From assembly GCA_048939015.1 (NCBI GenBank), contig JBHLPW010000004.1:32001-96000 (forward strand): 64,000 nucleotides of DNA, given 5' to 3'. The notes beneath the pieces are model-generated. The model was not told the DNA's origin. It saw only the letters and a program-made list of their open reading frames with translations, and did not search any database. How positions within the stretch are numbered: position 1 is the first letter of the stretch; each line of letters starts with the position of its first letter. This DNA is from Promethearchaeota archaeon (GTDB taxonomy: Archaea > Asgardarchaeota > Lokiarchaeia > Sigyniarchaeales > SOKP01). A program made the position numbers and the translations under genes. Below are positions 10,643 through 21,128 of the stretch, piece after piece.

Positions 10643-10984
10643 TTACTTTAACTTTCCCATTTCATTTCTTTCTATGCATTTCCATGAGTCTACTAGCAAT
10701 TGATATTCGAAATATTCATCATTTATTTTAGATCGTGGATTCTTTCGGCTACCCTCTACTTTTATTAATTCACCAATGATTTCCACTTTTCCTTCGCAAG
10801 AGATTGAATCATTTGTATATATTACAATCTGATAACCATCATCCAAATCGAAATAATTCATATATGGGAAGGAATCGAAGAAAGTGGTAAGATGTTGCCA
10901 TATCTCTTTTGCTATTTTTCCATTAATTTTTACTTTTTGACCTACATTTCCTTCAAAATCAGAATACTTGACAATGTTAACCAT
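10643..10984 (-). CDS. Hypothetical protein, possible OB-fold
   Basis: 113-aa beta-rich ORF (GQKVKINGKI...GKVEIIGELIKV). Confidence 0.65.
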   Translation of the reverse strand: MVNIVKYSDFEGNVGQKVKINGKIAKEIWQHLTTFFDSFPYMNYFDLDDGYQIVIYTNDSISCEGKVEIIGELIKVEGSRKNPRSKINDEYFEYQLLVDSWKCIERNEMGKLK

Positions 10985-11072
10985 TTTATATTCCTCTGGG
11001 AAACTTATTTGGAATTTACAATAATTTAAGATTTATGTATATATAATCATAATGTAATATTTAATCATATTT

Positions 11073-11876
11073 TTGAGGGAATTTCAATTGGACAATAAAG
11101 ATGTTGGCAAATATTGGGATAAAAATGCGGAGAATTGGGTAAGGTTAGCAAGAATGGGATATGATCGATGTAGAGATTTAATTAATTCTCCAGCTTTTTT
11201 TAAAATGCTCCCTGACATAACCAATTTAAAAGGATTAGATATTGGTTGTGGAGAAGGGTATAATACTAGAATTGCAGCAAAGAAAGGTGGAAAAATGACA
11301 GCTATTGACATTTCTAAAGTATTTATTAATTATGCAATAAAATCTGAGCAAGAAGAACCATTAGGAATTAAATATGAAATAGCTAATGGTACCGAACTTC
11401 CTTATTCTGATAGCTCTTTTGATTTCGCGATGGCTACAATGAGTTTAATGGATATGGCTGAAAACGAAAAAGCGATACAAGAAGCCTATAGAGTTTTAAA
11501 ACCTGGTGGTTTTCTTCAGTTCTCAATATCTCATCCCTTTGTTAGCTCAGATTGGAAGTGGTTAAGGGATGAAGAAGATAAGAAAACTGGATTTGTTATA
11601 GAAGATTATTTTAAGAAACTTAATGGTGAAATTGAAGAATGGATATTCGGGGCGGCTCCTAAAGAACTTACGGAAAAGATGAGAAAGTTTAAGGTTCCAC
11701 GATTTTCCCGGACTTTATCTGAATGGTTAAATCTATTAATTGAGAAAGGATTTATCCTTGAGAAGTTTTGTGAACCTTATATAAAAGATGAGCTTTTGAA
11801 AAAACATCCAGAACATTATGATACTCGGATAATTCCATTTTTCCTAATTATTCGATGTAGAAAGCCAATGAAATAA
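11073..11876 (+). CDS. Class I SAM-dependent methyltransferase
   Basis: LDIGCGEG, SFDF and RVLKPGG motifs. Confidence 0.92.
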   Translation: MREFQLDNKDVGKYWDKNAENWVRLARMGYDRCRDLINSPAFFKMLPDITNLKGLDIGCGEGYNTRIAAKKGGKMTAIDISKVFINYAIKSEQEEPLGIKYEIANGTELPYSDSSFDFAMATMSLMDMAENEKAIQEAYRVLKPGGFLQFSISHPFVSSDWKWLRDEEDKKTGFVIEDYFKKLNGEIEEWIFGAAPKELTEKMRKFKVPRFSRTLSEWLNLLIEKGFILEKFCEPYIKDELLKKHPEHYDTRIIPFFLIIRCRKPMK

Positions 11877-11904
11877 AGATTAACGAGAATTTTTTATTAT
11901 CACC

Positions 11905-12384
11905 CTAAAATTCCTTGGCAAATTCATAGATAGTTGAGCCAAAAAAGTCGCCAGTCTTTCCTGTCTTTTTAAAACCGCATTTTATGTAAAAATTTTGAGC
12001 TCTTTCTAAAATTGCAGTTGTATCTAATGTTAATAAGGTACATCCTTCTGATCTGGCATCTTCTTCAACAATTTGTAACAAAGCTTTCGCAGGGCTGTTT
12101 TTTCCTTGTCTATCAGGGATTACTGCCATCCCACGTATATGACCTTCCATATCGTCAACTTTTTGCCATCCTATAGTTCCTATTACCGTATTTGTTTGAT
12201 CAATTGCTACATATAACTTCATTTCTTTCATGCGTTCTATTACAGCTTCTTCTGACATAACTGTATCATTAAAACCTTCAGGAGTATAAAAATGACGAAA
12301 TTCTTCAAATGCAGCTAATAAAACTCCATAAATTCCTTTTGCATCTTCTTTTTTTGCACAACGAATTAAATAATCTCGCTCCAT
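11905..12384 (-). CDS. GNAT N-acetyltransferase
   Basis: MAVIPDRQGK motif A and FYIKCGF. Confidence 0.88.
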   Translation of the reverse strand: MERDYLIRCAKKEDAKGIYGVLLAAFEEFRHFYTPEGFNDTVMSEEAVIERMKEMKLYVAIDQTNTVIGTIGWQKVDDMEGHIRGMAVIPDRQGKNSPAKALLQIVEEDARSEGCTLLTLDTTAILERAQNFYIKCGFKKTGKTGDFFGSTIYEFAKEF

Positions 12385-12528
12385 ATCACGAAAATTTGAA
12401 GGTAATATAAATTTTTAAACCATATTCTAATATGAACTTTCCCTATAAAGAAGTGAAATTTTCGAATAGAATATCAAACAGCTCAAATAAAATTTAAAAC
12501 AAAAAGATAAAATTTAGTTTGAAAAGAC

Positions 12529-12756
12529 TTACGCTTTCTCAATTTTAATATAGAAATTTTCTCCTTCGATCTTGAATTCTAAGATTTTATCTTCAATTCT
12601 ATCGATATATCTTTTTATGTTTTCACCAGCCTCTGCTAAATCCCCAGATACTTCAAGAATTTCTCCACTTTTCATTTCGAGTAATTGCCTTTTGGTTTTT
12701 GCAACAGGCATAGGACAAACAAGGTTAGAACAATCTAATTTATATGAATCTGACAT
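12529..12756 (-). CDS. TusA/SirA family sulfur carrier
   Basis: LDCSNLVCPMPV (CPxP) motif, 75 aa. Confidence 0.9.
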   Translation of the reverse strand: MSDSYKLDCSNLVCPMPVAKTKRQLLEMKSGEILEVSGDLAEAGENIKRYIDRIEDKILEFKIEGENFYIKIEKA

Positions 12757-12777
12757 TTTTAAAGTACCTCCTTGATT

Positions 12778-13137
12778 TTATGTAAAAATTATATTATCTG
12801 CTTCTTCACACATTTCAACGAATCCATGCATCGAAGTTTTTTGAATTCCCTCTATTAATTCTTCTTCAGTCACTCCACGTGCTTTCATACATACACCACA
12901 AGCTTTCACATTTGCACCTTCAGCTATAACATCTGTCATCCATTTTCCTACATTATCATATGTTGCAGGATCTTGATTTTTCTTACCAACAAAAATACCA
13001 TCCTCAACCAAAAATATGTTAACTTTATGTTCTTCCAATAAAGCAGTATAAGCAAATCTTAACATTGTGTATGGACGTTCACTTGTGTAAGCACCATCTC
13101 CAATAGCAATTGTTAATGTTTTTTTTTTCTCTGCCAT
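12778..13137 (-). CDS. DsrE/TusD family sulfur relay protein
   Basis: IFLVEDG and ACGVCMKARG motifs. Confidence 0.88.
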   Translation of the reverse strand: MAEKKKTLTIAIGDGAYTSERPYTMLRFAYTALLEEHKVNIFLVEDGIFVGKKNQDPATYDNVGKWMTDVIAEGANVKACGVCMKARGVTEEELIEGIQKTSMHGFVEMCEEADNIIFT

Positions 13138-13299
13138 TTCTTATCATCAATTTTTAATTCTTTTAGGTAAAATCTATTTTAAGCGTAATTAAACAAATAA
13201 TAGATAAAATATTAATTTTTTCGTATTAATTTATTAAAAAAATCGATAAATAAAAATACTAGTATAACTTAGGATATTAGTAAAGAAAGCACTTTTAAT

Positions 13300-14208
13300 G
13301 TGAATAGTTGTATGCATATCGAATACCTAAGAAACTTTATTAAATTAAGCTATTATAAAAGTTTTTCAAAATTAGCTAATGAACTTCCTATTTCACAAAG
13401 CACATTATCGCATCAAATTTCTCAGATAGAAAAGGATTTTGGAGGAATTGTGTTAATTGATAGAAGTACTAAGAAATTTGAAATAACCAAAGCTGGAAAA
13501 CTTCTACTTGAGCATGCAGAACAAATAATAAAGTTATATGATAATTGTAAACTAGAAATTTCAAAATTTAAAGATCAGACTGAAGAAGAAATTATTATAT
13601 CAGCTTCAACTATTCCTGGATCTCATATCTTACCGAGATATATAGCGGATTTTCGAAATAGAAATCAAAATGTAAATTTCAAAGTTTTAATTAATAATTC
13701 TCAGAAATCTATTGAAAATTTAAAAAATGGATTAGTTGATTTCGCAGGTATTGGTAGTTTTATGAGTTACAATGAAAAAAACTTCGATTTTATTAAACTT
13801 GGTGAGGACGAATTAAAATTTATATGTTCTCCTAATCATGAATTACTAAAACAAGGAAGTGTAATTGATTTTGAAGACCTAATCAAATATCCTTTTATTT
13901 GGAGAGAAAAAGGATCTGGGACGAGAGAAACATTTCAACAGCAATTTTCAAATTATGAGAAGTTAGATATTGAATTAGAAATTAATGATAATGACTCGAT
14001 TATTTCTACCGTTAGTGATTCTAACTATATTGGTATTATGAGTGAATATATGGTTAATAAAGCTGAATCAGCTGGTTTAATAAAATCTTTAAAAATTAAA
14101 AGTTATCCCGTCATCGCAAAAAGACCTCTATATTTTGTAAAGCTAAAAAATAAAAAAATAGGTAAATTAAAAGAGAAATTTTGGGATGAAATAAAGTCGA
14201 TAATTTAG
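13300..14208 (+). CDS. LysR-family transcriptional regulator (CysL-like); true start may be ATG 13312
   Basis: SFSKLA..ISQSTLSHQI HTH, ASTIPG and REKGSGTR; divergent from dsrE-tusA. Confidence 0.9.
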   Translation: MNSCMHIEYLRNFIKLSYYKSFSKLANELPISQSTLSHQISQIEKDFGGIVLIDRSTKKFEITKAGKLLLEHAEQIIKLYDNCKLEISKFKDQTEEEIIISASTIPGSHILPRYIADFRNRNQNVNFKVLINNSQKSIENLKNGLVDFAGIGSFMSYNEKNFDFIKLGEDELKFICSPNHELLKQGSVIDFEDLIKYPFIWREKGSGTRETFQQQFSNYEKLDIELEINDNDSIISTVSDSNYIGIMSEYMVNKAESAGLIKSLKIKSYPVIAKRPLYFVKLKNKKIGKLKEKFWDEIKSII

Positions 14209-14239
14209 GGAGTATAAAAAAGTAGTAAAAAAAATAAAA

Positions 14240-15739
14240 TTATTTGATTAAAACTCCAGTTTGATCGAAATTTAAGAAAGCACTTATTTTTTCTTTAAGT
14301 GGATAAATCCCTTCTTTGAATAGTGTTATTAAGAATATAGCTATAAATACAATTGAACCCAACCCTGGAGCAAAACCACTCAAAATGTCAACAAAAGAAG
14401 ATGTAGGGTCCCAAGAAAAGAATGTATATACCAATGAAATTCCAGCTATTATAATTGAAATGAAAGATATTATTGCTGCAGCTTTTCTACTCAGATTTAA
14501 ATGTATTGGACCAAGTTCGAGTCGAAAGTATTTTGGTTGTACGATAATTGATAAAATCGTATGACTAATTATTTGCTCTTCAAATTCTATATATACATTT
14601 AAAAATCTCCTTTCGCTTTCTTTTTTCTTTTTTTTCATTTTCTTCGATTTAAGTGGCATGATAGAAAAAATCATTACTGGTGGATTAACAGCATCCTTCT
14701 TAACTTCCACTTTTCCGAATATTGGATGCACTTCGAATCCCTCTCCCTCAATCTTAAGATCCAAAACTGGAGGCTCTGCTTTTCTTGTAACTATTGTAAA
14801 TGTTGTTTCATAAATAGTTTTTCCCTCTTCATCAACAATCTTTAATTCTTTATGCGAAAAATAAACATAAAACAAATAACTTCGTTGTTCCATCATAACC
14901 GAATAATATTGAAGACCCATATTAATTTTATATACAGTTGGTTGGGGTTCTTCAGGAATAACCGTAGAAGGTTCTGTTACTGGCTTTGGAGGTGGGACAC
15001 CAGGACCAGCTAACATATCTGAAGCCGGAGGAGGTGGAGGTACTGCAGGTGCAGGAGTTTTTACAGGTGGGCCACCAGGAGCTGAAGCTGGAGCACCTCC
15101 TGCTGAATGTGGAGGTGATGGATATGCACGTGCTTTTTTCTTTGCTTTTGGAGCTTCTCTCATTCTACGCGATTCTTCGCTTTTAATTTCCTCTCTTTTT
15201 AGAACTTTCTCTTCTTCATAATATTCCTCTTCTTCATAGTATCCTTCTCCATACTTAACATCATCATCATAGGAGCTTAATTCTTCGAGATCTTGATCAA
15301 AAGCTTTATCTTCTTTAAGCTTGAATAATTCTTTTTCCATGGCATCTTTAAGTGTGAGTTGTTCTTCTGGTTCTTCCTCAGTTTCAAATACAATTTCTTT
15401 TTCTTTAACCATTAATTCCTTTTTCTCTTCAGGTTTTTCTACTTTTTTTTCAGATTTCTTCTTACTTAGTAATTTTAGATTTTTCAATTTGGTAGTTTCG
15501 GGGATTTTCGTATTAGTAACAAAATCTATAATAGATATATCGGTCCGATTTAATTGTACATCCTTTAAAGATGCAAAAATATCATTTAAAATTAGACTAA
15601 GTTTTGTCGATTTCTTATAAATCCCCACAAACATAAAATCCATAATCTCTACCGATATTACGTTTGATTTCTTATCATAAAATATCCTATTAGTTGGAAT
15701 TGCAAGACCAGTAATAGTTTTTAATGATTCCAATTTCAT
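14240..15739 (-). CDS. Hypothetical membrane protein with acidic and proline-rich low-complexity linker
   Basis: E/Y-rich segment, PAVPPPPPAS...PPPKP, a beta-rich domain and two C-terminal TM helices. Confidence 0.75.
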   Translation of the reverse strand: MKLESLKTITGLAIPTNRIFYDKKSNVISVEIMDFMFVGIYKKSTKLSLILNDIFASLKDVQLNRTDISIIDFVTNTKIPETTKLKNLKLLSKKKSEKKVEKPEEKKELMVKEKEIVFETEEEPEEQLTLKDAMEKELFKLKEDKAFDQDLEELSSYDDDVKYGEGYYEEEEYYEEEKVLKREEIKSEESRRMREAPKAKKKARAYPSPPHSAGGAPASAPGGPPVKTPAPAVPPPPPASDMLAGPGVPPPKPVTEPSTVIPEEPQPTVYKINMGLQYYSVMMEQRSYLFYVYFSHKELKIVDEEGKTIYETTFTIVTRKAEPPVLDLKIEGEGFEVHPIFGKVEVKKDAVNPPVMIFSIMPLKSKKMKKKKKESERRFLNVYIEFEEQIISHTILSIIVQPKYFRLELGPIHLNLSRKAAAIISFISIIIAGISLVYTFFSWDPTSSFVDILSGFAPGLGSIVFIAIFLITLFKEGIYPLKEKISAFLNFDQTGVLIK

Positions 15740-15945
15740 TCTTACCTCTTTTTTCTATATTGAAGTAGTATTTGATTTTTATTAATTAATAATTAACTTT
15801 TAATAAATTTTTATAATGATATTATACCTAAAATAGTTATCAACTTGTTTATATCAAAAAAAAATCGTTGATCTACCAAAGATACTCAAAATAATTTTAA
15901 ATTTATTAAGGATTCAAACAAATTACAATTAAGTATCTAAAAAAA

Positions 15946-17517
15946 GTGATAATATTGGAAGGCAAATACATTTTAACCCATGATTTGGGAACATCTGGGA
16001 ATAAGGCTGCTTTATTCGACTTAAATTTAGAACTAATTTCTCAAACAAAGGAAGACTATCCTTTATATTATCCAAAACCAGGTTGGGCAGAGCAAGAGCC
16101 AGAAGATTTTTGGAATGCTGTGAAAAAAGCAACTAATACAATTATCCGACAGAGTAATGTTACACCAGAAGAAATTTTAGCAGTAGTTTTTGATTGTCAA
16201 ATGAATTGCACTATTCCTATCGATAACGATGGAAATGCAGTAATGAAGAGTATAAGCTGGTTAGATACACGTGCAGCTCAAATAACAAAGAAATTTTCAA
16301 AAGGTTTAATAAAAATTTCTGGTTATGCTTTAAGAAAACTTTTAATGTTCCTTAAAATCACAGGAGGTGCTCCTGGATTTAATGGAAAAGATCCTATCTC
16401 TCACATTTTATGGATAAAAGAAAAACATCCAGATATATATGAAAGAATTTATAAATTCTTAAGCGTAAAAGATTTTATTATTTATAAATGCACCAATAAA
16501 GCAGTTACTTCAAGAGATTTAGGAAATACTGCTTGGATAATGGATAATAATCCTGGTCAATTTGAATGGGCGGATAAAATTTTAAAAAAATTCAAACTTG
16601 ATAAAGAGAAATTACCAGAAATAAAAAAATCTACTGAAATCGCAGGTGAATTAACCAATGATGCATCGAATGAACTAAACTTAAAATCTGGCATTCCTAT
16701 TTTTGTGGGCGCAGGGGATTTGACGTCAGCAGCAATAGGTTCTGGTGCTATTTTAGATAACAAATTCATTGTATGTTTAGGAACCGCAGATTGGGTTGCT
16801 GCTCATACATCACAGAGAGTAAAAGATTTACTTCACTATACAGGTGTTATAAGTTCTTCTCAAGAAAACTACTTATGTATTTCAAAACAGGAAACTGGTG
16901 CGGCTTGTTTAGACTGGATTGCTGAAAAGATGTTCAGTGGTGAAATGGAAAGATATAAAGAAAATCTTAATGAATTATATCCATATTTGGATTCTCTTAT
17001 TAAGGATGTTGAAGTGGGTTCTAAGAACCTAATTTTTACTCCATGGATGTTCGGAGAGAGAAGTCCTATAAATGATCCAAATGTTAGAGGAGGTTTTTAT
17101 AATCTTAGCCTTGATCATACCAGACAAGAAATTTTAAGATCGATTTATGAAGGAGTTGCTTACAATATCAAATGGGCTTTAATATTTGTAGAAAAATTAT
17201 TAATCAAGACTGATGAGATAAACTGCATTGGAGGAGGAGCAAAATCTGATATTTGGTGTCAGATCCTGGCAGATATTCTTAATCGAAAAATAATTCAGAT
17301 GGAAAATCCCGATTTAACTGCAGCAAAAGGTTCAGCAATAATCTCAATGGTGGGTTTAGGGCATCTAAAGAATTTTTCAGATGCCATCCCCATGATTAAA
17401 GTCAGAAAAAACTTTATACCAAATACTGACAATAAAAAAAAGTATGATACACTCTTCAATGAATATGTGAATATCTATAAAAGAAATAAAAAAATGTTTA
17501 AAAGCTTAAATCTCTAA
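15946..17517 (+). CDS. FGGY-family carbohydrate kinase (xylulokinase-like)
   Basis: HDLGTSGNKA, GWAEQ, GERSP and GGGAKS motifs. Confidence 0.9.
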   Translation: MIILEGKYILTHDLGTSGNKAALFDLNLELISQTKEDYPLYYPKPGWAEQEPEDFWNAVKKATNTIIRQSNVTPEEILAVVFDCQMNCTIPIDNDGNAVMKSISWLDTRAAQITKKFSKGLIKISGYALRKLLMFLKITGGAPGFNGKDPISHILWIKEKHPDIYERIYKFLSVKDFIIYKCTNKAVTSRDLGNTAWIMDNNPGQFEWADKILKKFKLDKEKLPEIKKSTEIAGELTNDASNELNLKSGIPIFVGAGDLTSAAIGSGAILDNKFIVCLGTADWVAAHTSQRVKDLLHYTGVISSSQENYLCISKQETGAACLDWIAEKMFSGEMERYKENLNELYPYLDSLIKDVEVGSKNLIFTPWMFGERSPINDPNVRGGFYNLSLDHTRQEILRSIYEGVAYNIKWALIFVEKLLIKTDEINCIGGGAKSDIWCQILADILNRKIIQMENPDLTAAKGSAIISMVGLGHLKNFSDAIPMIKVRKNFIPNTDNKKKYDTLFNEYVNIYKRNKKMFKSLNL

Positions 17518-18505
17518 AATAGGATTTAAAGGTCGTTATCTCTTCTTTAATATCCTTTGCTTTTTCTATTTTTTTATTGGATTGAATAATTTTTTTTATC
17601 GCTTCTTCTACTAATTCAAGATCCTTATAAGCATTAGGATTTTCATAGGTTTGACTTTCAAAATTACCCTTCCACGGCTTTAATTTTGGAATAGAATCGA
17701 TATTTCTCAGATTCCATTTAATATTATGTTTAAATTCCTCAGTTAGAGGTTTAAGACTAAGTTCATCCCATTTTTGAATTACCCAAGGAGCATATTCATG
17801 TAATTTGTCAAAATCAAAATCTAAATCATATCTCCATTCATACTGATGATCCCAATTTCCTACTGCTAAATAATTTTCATTATCGGATTTATCAGGAGGA
17901 AAATATTTCCAATTATTTCGGTTGATATCCTCGTCTCTAAAAGGCCTACCTTCAGCATATTGGAGAAAATAACCTGCTTTTTCTAAGATACTTTGGTTTT
18001 GTGCATTTTCTTTTAGGTAAATCTCAATCTGGGTAATATCTACTTTACTCGTAATAACTTGCTCTAGGAATATCTTAAATATTACATTTTTAGCTTCATT
18101 TGGATGGCATTTTCCAGTAAAAATTGGATAATACATGAAAGAATAGTACCCTGAATCTTCATTCGTACTTGCTTTATAAATTTCAACCCAACACTCCAAA
18201 GGTTTTATATAGACATTAGATTTAATGATATTGATTATTAACAATATATCTGCCATTACTCCAATAATTATTATTGTTATAAATAGTACTAAACTGAAAA
18301 AAAACGTCGCAAGAAGATACGAAAGCGCTGTATAGATTAGTAAAGCACCTGCTATGAAAAAGAAAGCTATCAAAGAATTATACGCTTCGTGTTCCTTATC
18401 CTTCTTCGAATATAATATTGTTGGTGCATTATTAATGACAACATCTTTACCAAATTTATTTACGAACTGTTGGAAATCTACTTTATTCCATTCAGCAGAA
18501 GACAT
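17498..18505 (-). CDS. Hypothetical membrane protein (2 TM)
   Basis: 335-aa ORF with two hydrophobic helices; its 3' end overlaps the convergent kinase by 20 nt. Confidence 0.75.
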   Translation of the reverse strand: MSSAEWNKVDFQQFVNKFGKDVVINNAPTILYSKKDKEHEAYNSLIAFFFIAGALLIYTALSYLLATFFFSLVLFITIIIIGVMADILLIINIIKSNVYIKPLECWVEIYKASTNEDSGYYSFMYYPIFTGKCHPNEAKNVIFKIFLEQVITSKVDITQIEIYLKENAQNQSILEKAGYFLQYAEGRPFRDEDINRNNWKYFPPDKSDNENYLAVGNWDHQYEWRYDLDFDFDKLHEYAPWVIQKWDELSLKPLTEEFKHNIKWNLRNIDSIPKLKPWKGNFESQTYENPNAYKDLELVEEAIKKIIQSNKKIEKAKDIKEEITTFKSYFRDLSF

Positions 18506-18661
18506 AATAAAACAAACTATATTGTATTTATTTAAATCTTATTTGATCTGATTAAAATATTAGTGTTTTTTAAATTCTGACAATTGAGTAGAAAAATAAT
18601 TAATTCTATACTCCTTTTAATTTTTAATTTAGATTGTACATTACAGATAATGAAATAATAG

Positions 18662-20962
18662 ATGGTACCGTTTGAAGAATTTTTACACTTTATAAAGACC
18701 CAAGATTATTATCGTGATCAAATATCTCATATTGAGGATATTCCAGCTCAAAAAGCCCGTTTTGGAGAATTAAAAAAACCAATTAAAAAACGTCTTCAAC
18801 GTTGGCTAGATAGTTATGGTATTAAATTATGGAATCATCAGGCTGAGGCTATCAACCACATTTTTGATGGTAAGAATACTATAATTGTAACTTCTACAGC
18901 CTCAGGGAAATCTCTTTGTTATAATCTTCCTGTTTTAAACTCAATTTTAGAAGAACCATCTACTACTGCTATCTATGTGTTTCCAACAAAAGCATTAGCT
19001 AGAGACCAATTTAATATTTTATCGAATTTATTAACAGATGTAAACATTAAACAAAATCGAATTGGTGTTTATGATGGTGATGTAGAACCAAATGAAAAAA
19101 GATTTGTGTTAAATAATGCGAATATTGTTATCACTAATCCATATGGATTGCATTTCTATTTGCCTTGGTTCAAAAAGAACTGGAGGCGAATCTGCCAGAA
19201 TTTAAAATATATTGTGTTGGATGAAATTCATATCTATAGAGGGATTTTCGGATCCAACTTTGCCCTGCTACTTAGAAGATTAAAAAGATTACTTGAATCT
19301 TATAATGTAAAGCCCCAGTGGATTTTATCAAGTGCTACAATATATAAGCCAAAACAATTTTGTGAAAAGTTAGTAGGTGAAAAGTTTGTAATTGTGGATA
19401 AAGATGATTCACCCTCAGGTGATAAAAAAGTAATTTTATGGGATCTACCTTATGATGAGATTTCTAATAAGTATCATTCAGCTCATCAAGAAACTAAAAA
19501 TCTATTTGTTAGCCATTTAAAACAAGGAATTCAAACTTTAACATTTACACTCTCGAGAAAAATGGCTGAACTTCAAGCAATATGGACGAGAGATACTTTA
19601 CCCACATTAAAAGATAAAATCTTCAGTTACCGAGCTGGTATTAGTAAAAATAAAAGAAGAGAAATTGAACAAAATTTCAAACAAAAGAAAATTATAGGAA
19701 TTAGCTCAACTAATGCTCTTGAATTAGGAATAGATATAGGGTCTCTTGATGCTACGATCAGTTCTGGCTTTCCTGCAACAATCTCAAGTTTCAGACAGCA
19801 AATTGGACGTTCTGGAAGAGGTACCGAGCTTTCCATATCGACTCTCATACCTATGCAAAATCCTCTCGATCTCTTCTATATTCATAATCCAGAAAAGTTA
19901 TTTGGACCAATTCAAGAAGAAATTCTTATCACATTAAATAATAAATATATATTGAGAAATCATATTTGTTGTGCATGTAAAGAAAGCCCTCTAAGAGTAG
20001 AGGATTATAGTAAATTTGGTATTCAAGATAAAAATCTATTTGAAGCATGTTTAGAGCAATTAGTCTCAGAATCTTTATTGATGAAAAGAGGGGAACGTTA
20101 TTTTTGGAATAGTGATTTTTTTCCAAATGAAAAATATGGATTAAATGATCTTTCAAATCGAGGTTATAAAGTCCTACTAAGAACTGAATTAGGTGAAGAG
20201 CTTTTAACTATTGAGGATGAGAGTTTTGTTTTCCGTGACTTACACCAAGGTGCTGTATATCTTTATGAAGCAGAAACGTATATGGTAGAAGAACTCGACT
20301 TACAAGAGAGGTTAGTTTTTCTAAAAAAAGCAAATATAGACTTTTATACCCAATCTTTAAAACATACAGATATAACACCTCTCGAAGTAATTTCAGATAA
20401 AAAAATAGGTTTAAATAAAAATATAGAAGCCTATTTTGGAAATGTGAAAGTAGAACACGAGTATTACTCCTATAAAACCATTGATACATTGACTCAAGAG
20501 ATACGCTCAAGACAACCACTAGAAGATATACCTATCATAGAGTTCGAGAGTCAGGCTATCTGGTTTCTTATCCCTTTTGAATATCAAAAAGAATTGGAAA
20601 TAAAAGGCTATGACCTTGGCGGAACCATTCATGCTATAGAACATGCAATGATAGCTATGGCTCCAGCGTTAGCACAAATCTCTCGGTGGGATTTGGGTGG
20701 TGTCTCCATAGATTTTGATCCTGTTAAATTACAACCTATAATTTATATTTATGATGCCTATAGAGGCGGAATTGGGATATCTGAAGCATTATATTTAAAT
20801 TTACATGAATTACTCGAAATGACTTATAAATTGATAGATTCTTGTAGCTGTAAAACTCCTATTGGTTGTCCATGTTGTACTCTATCACCAAAATGTGGGA
20901 ATAATAATGAACCATTAGATAAAGAAGGAGCAAAATTCATCCTTAGCAAACTCATAAAATAA
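18662..20962 (+). CDS. SF2 DExH helicase with C-terminal DUF1998 Zn domain (Hrq1/MrfA family)
   Basis: TASGKS, PTKALARDQ, DEIH, SAT, ALELGIDIG, QQIGRSGR, HAIEH and CSC..GCPCC..PKC. Confidence 0.93.
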   Translation: MVPFEEFLHFIKTQDYYRDQISHIEDIPAQKARFGELKKPIKKRLQRWLDSYGIKLWNHQAEAINHIFDGKNTIIVTSTASGKSLCYNLPVLNSILEEPSTTAIYVFPTKALARDQFNILSNLLTDVNIKQNRIGVYDGDVEPNEKRFVLNNANIVITNPYGLHFYLPWFKKNWRRICQNLKYIVLDEIHIYRGIFGSNFALLLRRLKRLLESYNVKPQWILSSATIYKPKQFCEKLVGEKFVIVDKDDSPSGDKKVILWDLPYDEISNKYHSAHQETKNLFVSHLKQGIQTLTFTLSRKMAELQAIWTRDTLPTLKDKIFSYRAGISKNKRREIEQNFKQKKIIGISSTNALELGIDIGSLDATISSGFPATISSFRQQIGRSGRGTELSISTLIPMQNPLDLFYIHNPEKLFGPIQEEILITLNNKYILRNHICCACKESPLRVEDYSKFGIQDKNLFEACLEQLVSESLLMKRGERYFWNSDFFPNEKYGLNDLSNRGYKVLLRTELGEELLTIEDESFVFRDLHQGAVYLYEAETYMVEELDLQERLVFLKKANIDFYTQSLKHTDITPLEVISDKKIGLNKNIEAYFGNVKVEHEYYSYKTIDTLTQEIRSRQPLEDIPIIEFESQAIWFLIPFEYQKELEIKGYDLGGTIHAIEHAMIAMAPALAQISRWDLGGVSIDFDPVKLQPIIYIYDAYRGGIGISEALYLNLHELLEMTYKLIDSCSCKTPIGCPCCTLSPKCGNNNEPLDKEGAKFILSKLIK

Positions 20963-21128
20963 AAGGCGTAAAAAGCTAAGAATAAAGTAGAAAAATCAAA
21001 ATTGATTGAAATTCTTAGAAATTTGAATATAATGTAAAATTTTTAAAGCCAAAAATTATATTAATACATAATACCAGTAAAAAACCTTTTGAAATAGGTA
21101 TAATAACCAAAAGTATTGGGTATTTGGG

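Noticed and set aside
12529-13137. Possible selenoproteins or SECIS near the TusA/DsrE/LysR module
   Set aside because: The active-site codons are Cys and no in-frame TGA was seen.
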